A stretch of 64,000 nt of DNA from Pristiophorus japonicus (Eukaryota). The notes beneath the pieces are model-generated. The model was not told where the DNA came from, did no database searches, and saw only the letters and a program-made list of their open reading frames with translations. Location: assembly GCF_044704955.1 (NCBI RefSeq), contig NC_091996.1:27156001-27220000 (forward strand), given 5' to 3'. Positions within the stretch are counted from its first letter, which is position 1; the number at the start of each line of letters is the position of its first letter. Positions 11,401-23,202 of this stretch are shown piece by piece. The translations under genes were made by a program, and so were the position numbers.

Positions 11401-12647
11401 GACTGGGGATTGGGCGCCCGCACACGGAGCGTGCCCCGAGGAGGTCAGACCGTTTCACAGGCAGATGGACGAGCTCGCCATCAAAGCCGACTGCCTGCTA
11501 TGGGGCAGCCAGGTAGTCATGCCCCAGAAAGGAAGGGAAGCATTCATCAGGGAACTCCACAGTGAGCACACAGGCATCGTGCTAATGAAGGCCATTGCCC
11601 GGTCACATGTATGGTGGCCGGGAATTGACTCAGACCTGGAACACTGGGTTCGCAAGTGCACGACATGTGCTCAGCTGGGAAATGCCCCCAGGGAAGCCCC
11701 ACTCAGCCCGTGGCCCTGGCCCACTAAGCCATGGTCACATATTCACGTAGGCTACGCGGGCCCGTTCATGGGAAAAATGTTCCTGATTGTTGTCGATGCA
11801 TACTCAAAATGGATCGAGTGCATCATATTGAATTCGTGCATGACATCCACCACTGTGGAGAGTCTGCGTACGGTCTTTGCGACCCACGGCTTGCCGGACA
11901 TCCTGGTCAGCGACAATGGCCCGTGTTTCACGAGCTATGAATTCCAGGGGTTTGTGTCGGGTAATGGTCTCAAACATGTCAGGACATCACTGTTCAAGCC
12001 GGCTTCCAATGGCCAGGCAGAACGTGCGGTCTAAATCATAAAACAGGGCATGCTCTGGATTCAAGGACCCTCCCTTCAGTACCGCCCGCATTCGCTCACG
12101 GGAATCCCGCCCGCGGAAATACTCATGAAACACACGCTTAAAACGTGGCTGTCCCTCATTCATCCAGCCCTGTCAGACATTGTTGAGGGCACGCGCCAGT
12201 CCCAAATCGAGTGCCATGATCGCAACTCAGTGGGGAGATGCATAGAAATCGATGATCCTGTATTCGTTCTCAATCATGCTTTGGGACCCAAGTGGCTTGA
12301 GGGTACTGTAATTGGCAAAGAGGGGAATAGGATCATAGTGGTCAGACTTAACAATGGGCAGATAAGCTGCAAACATCTGGACCAAATAAAGAAAAGGTTC
12401 AGCATGGACACTGAGGAACCTGAGGAAGATCATGAGATGTTACCCACACCACTGCCAGTGAACGAGCAACAAGGACATTCAACAGCATGCACAGTCCCTG
12501 CGGCCAGCCTGGACAGGCCGGAATCACCTCAGGCAACAGAGACGCATGCCAAGGCCCAATCACCAGAGCCCCAACTGCGGCGCTCCACGAGAGCGTCGAC
12601 CGCCTGAAAGACTCAATCTTTGACCCAAAAACGTTGAGGGGAGGTGA

Positions 12648-12905
12648 TGTTATGTTTGTAACCTTCACATAACTGTAACCTTTATGTAATACTGTACACT
12701 GTATACACCTGAGTAATCCACACCTTGACCACAGGGGGTGAACTTGTGGGAGACACTCCTCACCTGGTCATCCAGATATATAAAGGGAGGACCCACGCAG
12801 GGTCAGCACCTTTTGGTCCTGGGAATAACGGTTCAGGTCACGTAGTGACTTTGTCTGCAGTACATGCCCTCGTGTGATTCTATAGCAAGGTGTAAGGACA
12901 CTACA
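12648..12905 (+). repeat. 3' LTR of element B
   Basis: Direct repeat of 6689-6948, preceded by PPT, followed by TSD. Confidence 0.95.
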
Positions 12906-12910
12906 GGAAG

Positions 12911-14390
12911 AGCTAGCGAAGCTCACAGAGAACAGAGTGCTAGTAAAAACTGACAAACGTGAATGGGCTACCCAGATTGTGGTGGTGCCCAAAGCAGATG
13001 AAACTGTATGATTGTGCAGCGACTATAAAGTTACTATCAACCAAGCAGTTGACGATGAGCAGTACCCGTTACCTACATCGCAAAATTTATATGCAGCATT
13101 CTCTGGGTCAAAGGTTGTCTCCAAGCTTGACTGTCGCACACTTACGTTCAGCTGAATGTTGACAAAGAGTCAACAGTATCTCACCATCAACATACACAAG
13201 GGACTGTACTCATACACCAAGCTACTGTATGGTGTAAAGTCCTCCACAAAATCTTCCAGGCTACGATGGATAGGATTTTGCAAGGAGTTCCAAATTGCTA
13301 ATGCAATCAAGATGATGTGCTGATCATAACAAGCAGCAAGGAAAAAAAATCTAGAAATGTTAGATAGAGTGTTTCACTTGGTTAAACACCCACAATGTCA
13401 AATTGTAAAGGAGCAAATGTGCTTATGTGCAGCCCAAAGGTGTGACCCGTGGTCTGGTAGTTGATGCAAATGGCTTGCAACCAGTTGATGCTGTCATCAA
13501 TGCTCCAATACCACAGAACATGTCCGAGTTAAGATCTTTCCTTGGAATGGTCCAGTACTGTGCATGTTTCTTGCCTCAGTTAGCAACTCCATTGCACCAG
13601 CTCCTGGAGAAGGATGATCAGTGGAAGTGCATAAAATCGCAACAGGAAGCTTAAGACGCTTGTAAGTGAAACCATTCCATAACCGTTGGACTGAAGTGTT
13701 TTGTGAGCAAGATTGTATCAAGTGGGGAAACAGAGTGGTGGGATTGTCAGGATGAAATCAATTGCAAGAAGCTTTGTTTGCTGGCCTGGATTGGACAGTG
13801 ATCTTGAATCACTTGCCAGCAAATGCAGCATTTGCCAAAATTGCAGAAACAAACCACCCAACACTCCGCTGCAACCCGTAGAGCTTTCCAGAGAGTACGG
13901 TGTAGATTTCTGTGGGAAAGCAAATGATTTTTTCTTGGTACTTGTAGATAGTCACTCAAAGTGGATTGAAGTGAAACTCATGGGTTCAAATACTACAACT
14001 GAATGTACCATCGATGAGTTGAGGTCTATCTTTGCATTTCATGGCTTACCTGAAGAGCTTGTTTCAGACAATGGCACTCAGTTCCGTTCTGCTTTATTCC
14101 AAGAATTCATGAAATGGAATGGTATCAAACACACTCTCGTTCCATCACATCGTCCTGCTTCAAACGGAGCAGCTGAAAGGTCAGTGAGAATAGTGAAAGA
14201 AGCTCTCAATAAACAAGTGTTGCAGGATTGTTCAGGACTCAGCACAAAGCAACGATTGGCAAATTTCTTGCTGAAATACCGAACTACTCCGCACACTGCA
14301 ACAGGACATGCCCCAGCAGAACTCTTGAAGAGGCGATTGAGAACACAACCAAGTCTTGTTCAACCGAATTTGGCCTCAAGAGTTAAATAG
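12911..14390 (+). pseudogene. Element A RT (partial) and integrase, decayed
   Basis: EWATQIVVVPK, DYKVTIN, NQDDVLI (RT); ORF 13713..14390 with CSIC, VDFCG, SDNGTQF, NGAAERSV (IN). Confidence 0.85.
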
Positions 14391-14928
14391 AAACAATTGA
14401 GATGGGAATGTTATCAGAATAAACACAGTTTCAAACAAAACGAGTGTGTTCGTGTTCTCAGTCCCCCTGGCAAGTCGAGTTCACACAAGTGGGATGTAGC
14501 AACCATAGTAGGTTTGGTTGAAATTGGTGACACCATCCGAAGTGTTAATGTAGATCAAATGATCTCTGCTAGAGATGAACCAAGACATGACCATGAACCA
14601 CCTGATCCTGAACACATATTAGTTTGACTCAGTTCAAACTTCAGTAACCAAAGTATCCGGTTCAAACAAGTCGAGATAGAAACAGGATCATCTTCAAGTT
14701 CGGAACCAAAACAAAACAGTCCGAAAATTGGTTCAATACCGAAACCTACTGCAAGGAGATCAGGACAGCTCCGCAAACCTGTTACTAAACTGGATTTGAA
14801 GCTCATTTAAAAGAAAAAAAAGCCAGGAGTTTTTGTTACGTGGGATATGTAATGCTGGGAAAGGTGGAACCATAGTTTTGTTGTATTTGAGAGGGAAATA
14901 CATACATTTTTTAAAAAGGGGACAGCAG

Positions 14929-15042
14929 TGTAATGTATTGTCACATAGCATGCTCAGTTCACTCTGGCCTAATAAAACAAGTACATGCACGAGTAACTCA
15001 TCATATCTCTATCCTTCATTTATTCTACCCACATATATTACA
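14929..15042 (+). repeat. 3' LTR of element A
   Basis: TGTAATGT...ATTACA, follows PPT, followed by TSD ATGAT. Confidence 0.85.
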
Positions 15043-15120
15043 ATGATGACCTGGGTTAGCAGGTTATCTTTACCTCCAGGGCTTGGGTTTGAATCATGCC
15101 CAGATAGATGGGTTGAAGGT

Positions 15121-15395
15121 TAGAATGTATTTGCTTCATGGGTTCTTCGCTTAAGAATTCATAGCAACACATTGCTATTAAGAACTAGTTGGTTTATTAG
15201 CAAAGGTTTAACAATCACACTACACATTACCGGTTCATCCACCAGGCTCACAACCACCTGCCTCATCGTGGATCCCCCGAACCCAACTGGCTGGGGTTTT
15301 ATTGAGTCTTGTGAACATCACGTGACTGGCTAAGCCACTCCCAACTCAACAGCTCCATAAACCCTGTGAGCATACTCAGGCGCATACATTTCACA
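15121..15395 (-). mobile_element. Probable solo LTR of another family
   Basis: Imperfect terminal inverted repeat (GAATGTAT.. / ..ATACATTTC), AATAAA on minus strand, flanks share AGGT; left TG terminus not canonical. Confidence 0.45.
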
Positions 15396-15769
15396 GGTCA
15401 TCTTCTTCTGCTGGTTCCAATCATTTGGAAAGACTTGGTGCAGTTTGTGCTAGGCGTAGCCCACAACACATGACACACAATTCAACCCAAATTGGCAACT
15501 TCACTCAAAGTACGGGGACAACTGTTGTATTCAGAGGGATCCATATCTGCTGATCAGTGTTCAATGCCAACACTGGATACCCAGAAACAATGTATATTAT
15601 TCCCCAGCACGGACATCCCTTAGCTGGAAGAGAACAACATTCTATTCTCAACACAAATACAAATGCTGGAAATCCAAAATAAATGAGTGAATAAATGACA
15701 AAGCTGCTTTTATCATTTAATGACTCCTGCCTTCCCCTCCCCACTTTCCCTGCCCTTGCTTAAAATCTG

Positions 15770-15880
15770 TTAACATCTCTAATTTTTTCCAGTTCTGATG
15801 AAAGGTGATCGAGCTGAAACGTTAACTCAGTTTCTCTCTCCACATATGCTGCCTGGCCCGCTGTATATTTCCAACATTCT
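15770..15880 (+). mobile_element. Penelope-like 3' terminal fragment containing hammerhead ribozyme core
   Basis: CTGATGA (15795-15801) ... GAAACGTTA (15816-15824) followed by TTTCTCTCTCCACA.ATGCTGCCTG, also seen twice at 50860-51068. Confidence 0.6.
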
Positions 15881-16009
15881 ATTCTCCCTTATCAATGGCC
15901 CACTATAAATTAAAGGGAATCCCTTTCTCTTAACTTTCTGTCTGAGCGATTGACACAAAGTTTGGAAAAGAGATCATTTTCTTTGAAATGTGATTAATAA
16001 CAAAATGAA

Positions 16010-16440
16010 AGTCAGGAATTACAAAACTAAAAGAGTTAAATTATGAGGACAGGTTGCATAGTCAAGGCTTGTATTCCCTGGAGTATAGAAGATGAAGGGA
16101 AGATGTAATTGAGGTGCTTAAGATGATGAAAGGGTATGATAGAGTCGGAAAACTATTTCCTCTGGTGGGAAATCCTAGAACAAGGGGCATAATCTTAAAC
16201 TGAGAGCGAGGCTGTTCAGGGGTGATGTGAGAAAGCATTTATTCACACAAAAGGGTGGACAAGATATGAAAGTATCCCACTCAAAATAGCTGGGGGGGGG
16301 GGTAAATTTAACATTTCAAAACTGAGATTGATAGGTAGGCAAGGGTATTAAGGGTTACACAACCAAGAATTGCAGATGGAGTAAAGGTAGATCAGCTATG
16401 ATCTAATCACATGGTAGAACAGGCTCGAGGGGCTGAATGT
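16010..16440 (+). mobile_element. Decayed CR1 3' fragment
   Basis: YEDRL..GLYSLE.RR.R.D.IEV and 3'UTR GGCTCGAGGGGCTGAATG. Confidence 0.75.
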
Positions 16441-18961
16441 TTTACATAGAATAGGAGTAAACCACTCAGCCCATCAAATCTCATCCATATGAAAGACTAA
16501 ATGCTTAGTGTGGCACTTGGTTGTATTTCAAACAACTCCTATTTTACCCCACCATCTTCTCTCTTGTAGATTATTCCAGACATGTATCACTTATTCAATC
16601 TTAAATAGCGCCTGTAAACATCTGATAATTTGTTTTAAAATAGATTTAGTACAACCCAGAACATAAAGAATGGAACAAGAGGTCAACTGGCCCATAAATC
16701 ATTCACCCTACCCGTAAACAACCTGCTCTACCATTTCTGAACCAAAATGGTATTAGGATCAACAAAGTAGCACATGTTGCAATTGTTTTTCATTAAATGC
16801 ATGAAAAGTTTCCTCAATTCAATCTGTTTTAAGGTATCTCGGGCTAATCCCTCGGACCACTGTACAACCCGTCAGCTCGAACAGGAAAGCCAAGTAGAGT
16901 GACAATGGAATGTCCCTTTCAACTTCTTGCAATGACCTTAGAGGGAGCTACCCTGCAGAAAGGGGCACTCACTCACCCTTTGGAATTTAGCCCTCAGCCT
17001 GATGGGGGCAGGATACATTGCTATTCAAACGTGAACAAAATCTCTCGCCGACTTCAACACAAGTTTCCCCAACAACCTTGACTTCTGCAGAAATGACCTT
17101 AATTACTAAACAACTTCAAGATCAAGCACTCGCCTGAGAAGTCAAAGTTCACAAGCTGAGTAACAAGGAGCAATAAACAAACATGCAGACAATGGACAAA
17201 GATTATCTAACAGCTGTAAAAAGGAGGTCCTTTTCTGCCAGAAAAAGGGAAATAATTCCCCGAGGTATAGATCAAGAAGAAGTGAACAAAATCCAAATGT
17301 AAAACAGGCAGACTGAGCAGGAATGGAGATCAGGTGCAAGTAATAATGAGACAGAGCAAATAAACAGCTTTAGCTGATTAAATCCCAATTAAGTAAATTG
17401 CACAATTTAAACAAAGTAATTCCTTATAAATATACCAGACAACACACAAGTTAAATGAAGAAGAAGACTTTTGCAAATAGCTAAAAAAACAAAGCACACT
17501 GGGCCGTCTCACATGGAAGTGAATTGTTCGGCAATATCTACTTTAAAAAGAAATCAGGCTCAGGAAATGATTTTCTGCCCAGCAGCCCCAGCTTAATAAG
17601 CTGAGTTCAGAAGTACCCAACGCTCAAGGTTACTCACTGCGATTGTAAAGGATTCTTGAGTTGGGTTCTTAAGTAAACCGCCTCATAAAACTGTTCTTCC
17701 TCAGAGCAACCTCCTATGGTCGACTGATCCTGTTTCAAGTGCAGCTCCTGTGGGATAATTGTGGATCAGTGTTTGAAGAGGCAGGTGTAGTGGAAACCAG
17801 AGAAAGAAAATGCAGCACTGAGCAAGAGTACTGAGCAATGGCCCTCATCCTCACTCCGCAAAGACATTAAACAACTTGTCAAAATTGTTAGAATTTGATG
17901 TCCATGAACCCAAGATCTCCAAACTTCACATTTTCAAATACATGTAGAAAAACACCTGGACTCTGAAAGTATTGATTTCTGAGAGACTATTTCAGCAAAT
18001 TGGCATTTTCAGTGTTGGCCTTGTCTCTGATGGTCTGACACTGGGTGAGACCACCGGAATATTTTACCCCCACCTCCAGTAGGAATGTAGTACCTCAGTA
18101 CCAGGTATCTGATTTCCGATGGACATTGCCTTGCTATCGGGTGCCTCACGGGTATGTCATGGCCATTGTCTGGGTCTGCATCCACTAACCTGCCACCTCC
18201 ACTGTCTCAGCGATCTCACCACCTCCCGCAGGTAGAGCAGAGTTGCCTCCCCAGCAGTGCCATAGACCGCGCCTCATAGGGAGTTGGCTCTCCGATGTCT
18301 GGCACGCTCACTCCAGTCGCCTTGCCTTTCACAGGCGTTCTACACAGATGATGTAATGGATCTGCTGGTGTCACCCTATTAAAGTGGCCGAGGGGATTTT
18401 TAAGCTGGTGCATGCAACTAATTGCTGTTCGAGGGGACGGAAACATGCATTGCAAGATCCCGAGTTAGTGGCCCTCAGCCACAGTGCAGTGTGAAGGGTT
18501 ACTTGTGCAGCTATTAATTTTAGAGGGTGAAGAGTGTGTCAGTATCCAAGGAAGAAAAGGACCAGCAGCCAGGGTGTTACCTCATCCGTTTCTGGCATTG
18601 TTCTGCAATTCAAGGGGTGAGAGAGGTGGAACTCGCTCTCTCTCTTTCTCCTTTATTGCATCTCATCCAAGAATGTTTGAAGGTTGGTCATCAACATTTG
18701 TGCTCCTTCCATTGCCTTGCTCACATCTTTGGGTGCCTATACCAGGTCTTCCACTTGAAAGCATGCTTTAAAAGTACTGCAAAACCTCACTTGTGCCATC
18801 TATTACAGCTACCTGACAGTTACCGCAATCTGGCGACATGTCCAGTACTTACCCATCACCCCCATCAGCCTGCTGCTGAAATCTTCAACCATTCTAGGTT
18901 TTCTAAAGACTTGTTCCGCACCCCACCCCCACACCCCACCGACCCCCTCTTATCCCATACA

Positions 18962-19428
18962 GTCAGCGTGGCACAATGGATAGCACTCTCACCTCTGAGT
19001 CAAGAAGGTGGTGGGTTCAAGTCCCACTCCAGAGACTTGGGCACATAAATCTAGGCTTTCTCTCCAATGCAGTGCTGAGGGAGTGCTGCACTGCCGGAAG
19101 TGTTGTCTTTCAGATGAGACGCTAAATCGAGGCTCTGTCTGCTTTCTCAGGTGCACGTAAAAAGATCCCGTGGCACAATTTTGAAGAAGAGCAGGGGAGT
19201 TATCCTCATTGTCCTGGCCAATATTTGGCCCTCAATCAGCATTTCTAAAACAGAATATCCGGTCATTATCACATTACTGTTTGTGGGAGCTTGCTGTGCG
19301 CAAATTGGCTGCCACATTTCCTACAGAACAACAGTGACTACACTCCAAAAAGTACTTCATTGGCTGTAAAGCGCTTTGGGATGTCCTGTGGTCATGAAAG
19401 GCGCTATATAAATGCAATTCTTTCTTTC
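18962..19428 (+). mobile_element. DeuSINE
   Basis: A/B boxes, Deu core, AAAGGCGCTATATAAATGCAA tail. Confidence 0.85.
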
Positions 19429-19570
19429 TCCTGTGTTAAACAGGAGTTGCGTTCACCCAATGACACTGTGACACACATGGGGTACAAAGGTGCTGCTTTC
19501 GATTGTTGACTGGCAGCGCCAACTCTTGCCATAAATGACCCTATGAATTTTCCAGCCCGTAGTGAAGGAG

Positions 19571-20355
19571 AAAATGGCCCAGATTTTGCTGGAGTGGGGC
19601 ACCTCATGGTGAGCCTCATTGGTTAACTTGTTCGTGCTAATTTAGGCTTTTAACATCTTTGCCCACAGAGTTGCTGGAAGTGTGCTGATAACACCACAGC
19701 GAGGACGAGGGGGCATCTGGGAACTGCCCTGAACAACCAGAACAACAGTCTATCTCCTCGATTTAAGGAATGAGAAACAAATAGCAGGAGGATTGAGAAG
19801 GAGGGTGAATTAGAGTGGGCGAATTCAATGTCAAATCAGATACAGAAAGAGAGGGAAAGACTGGATTAAGAGAGAGAGAGAGAGAATTAGAGGCAGAAAA
19901 GAAAAGTAAGGAACAAATGTCAACTTTAAAAATTTGACATTTTTAAAATCTCCAATAACAATTCACAACCTGAAGGAATGAGATTCCACACTTTTAATTG
20001 TTCGTTTTCTGAACAAGAGAGGTTGATTGGCAGTCATTAACAATTCTTCTTCTCTTCCTAGGTAGTCCCTTGGAATCGAGGATTAACAATTATCAGTTTG
20101 TTAAAAGGGTACTTACCCTATTAATTACTAGACTTAACTTTCTTTGACGAGTTTAATGGGCAACTAATGTGCGACTTCATTAAAATCACGGGAGGTAAAG
20201 GGCAAGATGTTCGCGAAGCAAGTCGACCAGCAACTTGTGGCGATTCACCATTCACAGGGTGTCTTTTTCTCGCTACAAGTTACTGGCCGATTTGCACATT
20301 AACAACGCTCGTCGTTCACACACCGTTATTTGTTCAGCAAAATCTGGTTCATTTT
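19571..20355. mobile_element. Non-autonomous DNA transposon (MITE)
   Basis: Inverted termini AAAATGGCCCAGATTTTGCTG / CAGCAAAATCTGGTTCATTTT (19/21 match); no coding capacity. Confidence 0.65.
20046..20081 (-). mobile_element. 36-bp ultra-truncated RTE 3' end with 10-bp TSD
   Basis: TAGGTAGTCCCTTGGAATCGAGG matches RTE terminus (cf. 51270-51292); flanked by ATTAACAATT at 20036-20045 and 20082-20091. Confidence 0.8.
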
Positions 20356-20801
20356 ATCAAATCCACGATATTAAATGCAGAATGTCCCTGAGCTGTCATC
20401 GGAATTTTTGGCATCTGATCTATGAGCGATTGTATCACAAAAAATATTTTTGTAATCCAATCTGTGCCCATATTCAGCCTCCCTGTACTTCAACTCCAAA
20501 GCTCCCTGTCAAATAACTCATGAATGGAACAGGCGAGCAAAGCTTTTGCACTATCAGGCTTGCAAAATTCATCGTAACAAGCAATGCAGTTAAATGTGCA
20601 GTAATCTATCATAATAGGCCAAAGAGATAGTCAAACGTGTTTAAAAGCTGCCGGATAGGTGGACAGGTCACCATCCCTGGTGAATGACGTGTTTTTCAAG
20701 GAGATAACTGACTGCACAACAATGCGATGTTGGACAGCCTCGCCTGCTCGTGCTTTCTGTCGATTTACCTTAGACCAAAGTTGTTACTCTTACCTCAGTG
20801 A

Positions 20802-21247
20802 AAAGAAAGACTTGTATTTATATAGCGCCTATCACGGCCACCGGACGCCACAATGCGCTTTACAGCCAATGAAGTACTTTTAAATGTAGTCACTGTTGTA
20901 ATGTAGGAAACGCGCCAGCCAATTTGCACACAGCAAGCTCCCACACACAGCAATGTGATAATGACCAGATAATCTGTTTTTTTTAGTGATGTCGATTGAG
21001 GGATAAATATTTGAGGAAAAACTCCCCCATTCTTCTTCAAAATAGTACCGTGGGATCTTTTATGTCCACCTGAGAGAGCAGACAGGGCCTCGGTTTAACG
21101 TCTCAGCCGAAAGACGGCACCTCCGACAATGCAGCCCTCCCTCAGCACTGCACTGGTGTGTCAGGCTGGATTTAGGTGCTCAAGTCCCTGAAGTGGGATT
21201 TAAACCCACGTCATTCTAACTCAGACCCACTGAGCCACAGCTGACAC
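20802..21247 (-). mobile_element. DeuSINE
   Basis: Near full-length match to other copies. Confidence 0.85.
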
Positions 21248-21599
21248 TGCTGAGTTGTTGCATTTTTCTAATTTAACAGCCTCAAATACATCTCTCATGC
21301 CATACGTTGAATTCTATTGGTTCAACAGGAAAAAAAGCTGCAACCAGGACCATGTGACTTGTTTGATGAGGCAATGTGTGTTGAGAATCTCTTCCAGTTT
21401 TGCAGAGTCAGTAAATCCAGAAAGCAGGTGAGACATGCTTATGGGGTAACAATCCAAGTATTGTGGAAACACAACTTAAGTAAATATACTCAAAACAGTA
21501 CTGGGTTGTGCAGTGGTTGGAGTCCACTCCTCTTTGCAGCTCTGGTCACCTATTACTTTACTCAGAAGTTCATTCCATGTGTTGAATCACAGTTCATGT

Positions 21600-21930
21600 G
21601 AATCAGATCTTTCTGAACTTAATCCTTAATTTGCATTTTCCTAATTTATACCTTTTCCCCCTGGCCCTATTCTCACAGCTTATTTTGAAGTAGTCTTCTG
21701 GATTTATCTTATCCAAACCATTCACCATCTTGCATACGTCTCAGAACCTTTATTACAAGGCTGAAATGTCCAAATCGATTCAGTCCTTCATCGTTCTGCC
21801 TTCTGACTCTGGGAACCAATTTAAATATTCTTTGCATTCTCCCCAGATCTGAAACGTCTCCCTTGTGTCTTCAAAGGGCAGTCTGACCAGAACTTGCAAA
21901 AGGACCTCCTCCAACTTGTATTCTATTCTC
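21600..21930 (-). mobile_element. Old CR1-like 3' fragment
   Basis: RIEYKLEEVLLQVLVRL resembles CR1 RT C-terminal GxEYxSxEVLLQLYxxLVRP. Confidence 0.5.
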
Positions 21931-22580
21931 TTGACTATGAGCTTCATCGTGGCCATCTGTGAGTTTTTGGAGTGACGCTCAGCTCTGGTCACGATGCTTG
22001 CATTGAGTCACTGCAAACCAATATTCCAGGTCTACATGGCCATGTGAGACATTTTAGCACAGAAGGAGTGTGTATTGTGAGACAAGGTCAGCCAGACCCA
22101 GAAAAGCTGTTTTTCTGGCCTGGTGAACAGTGTGTAAGGGGTGTTGGCAATGTATGAGATGAATATTTATGGAAGTTAAGCTTCTTTATGGTAAAATAGA
22201 AACTGATCATTAATCTCGACGACAGGGAAAGGGGTTGGGGGGGTGGGGGGGGTGAGAGGATGCGAGAAGTATGAATTACTTTATTTTCCCAAAAATTAGT
22301 TATAATTCTTCGGTCTAAATGTTAAATCCATATTGCCCACTTTCTCAAGCCAAGGAGAGGTAGTTGTGCGAGAGCTGAGGTTGGCCTGCCACGTGTGCGT
22401 GCCCTGAGCAGGTTCCTGGTACCCGCGCCCCTCCCTGCACTGCGTGTCTGAGAGTGGCTCGTGTGCGCCACGGTTTGAGAGGAGCAGAGGGCTCTCTCAA
22501 TACGGTGGCTCCTCGCTTTATGCCAGGGCGAGGATATATTTATAACATTTTTGCCAATGGGAAAAAAAAGGACTGGGTGT

Positions 22581-23202
22581 AACATAGAAACTTAGCAAAT
22601 AGGTGCAGGAGTAGGCCATTCAGCCCTTCGAGCCTGCACCACCATTCAATATGATCATGGCTGATCATGCAACTTCAGGACCCCATTCCTGCTTTCTCTC
22701 CATACCCCTTGATCCCTTTAGCCATAAGGGCCACATCTAACTCCCTTTTGAATATATCTAACGAACTGGCCTCAACAACTTTCTGGGGTAGAGAATTCCA
22801 CAGGTTCACAATTCTCTGAGTGAAGAAGTTTCTCCTCATCTCGGTCCTAAATGGCTTACCCCTTATCCTTAGACTGTGACCCCTGGTTCTGGATTTCCCC
22901 AACATCGGGAGCATTCATCCTGCATCTAACCTGTCTAAACCCATCAGAATTTTGCATGTTTCTATGAGATCCCCTCTCATTCTTCTAAATTCCAGTGAAT
23001 ATAAGCCTAGTCAATCCAGTCTTTCTTCATATGTCAGTCCTGCCATCCCGGGAATCAGTCTGGTGAACCTTCGCTGCACTCCCTCAATAGCAAGAATGTC
23101 CTTCCTCAAGTTAGGAGACCAAAACTGAACACAATATTCAAGGTGTGGCCTCACCAAGGCCCTGTACAACTGCAGTAAGACCTCCCTGCTCCTATACTCA
23201 AA
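22581..23202 (-). mobile_element. 5'-truncated CR1/HER1 LINE
   Basis: [33 protein letters not shown]; tail at 22581-22600. Confidence 0.92.

Larger units (their letters stand above)
6986..12606 (+). pseudogene. Element B gag-pol (frameshifts, stops, 22-bp RT deletion, internal insertion)
   Basis: Two zinc knuckles CWRCGGRH..C and CRNCNFSGHLARMC; protease LDTGAS; RT DYKATIN/KLDLTSAY; RNase H CDAS; integrase HSEH..CTTC, SDNG, QAERAV. Confidence 0.92.
6689..12905 (+). mobile_element. Full-length Gypsy LTR retrotransposon (element B, probably Mag-like lineage), disrupted
   Basis: LTRs 6689-6948 and 12648-12905 ~96% identical by eye; TSD GGAAG (6684-6688, 12906-12910); PBS TGGCGACGAG 6951-6960; PPT GAGGGGAGG; domain order gag-PR-RT-RH-IN. 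Confidence 0.95.
4719..15042 (+). mobile_element. Old Gypsy LTR retrotransposon (element A), decayed, hosting nested insertions
   Basis: Homologous short LTRs 4719-4841 and 14929-15042 (TG...CA), 5-bp TSD ATGAT (4714-4718, 15043-15047), PPT AAAAAGGGGA before 3' LTR, gag/zinc knuckle/RT/IN remnants. Confidence 0.85.

Noticed and set aside
15048-15510. Possible ancient LF-SINE-like element interrupted by Gypsy A and a solo LTR
   Set aside because: Similarity too weak to support without an HMM search
18962-19040. tRNA-like A/B boxes in several places
   Set aside because: They are SINE heads, not tRNA genes
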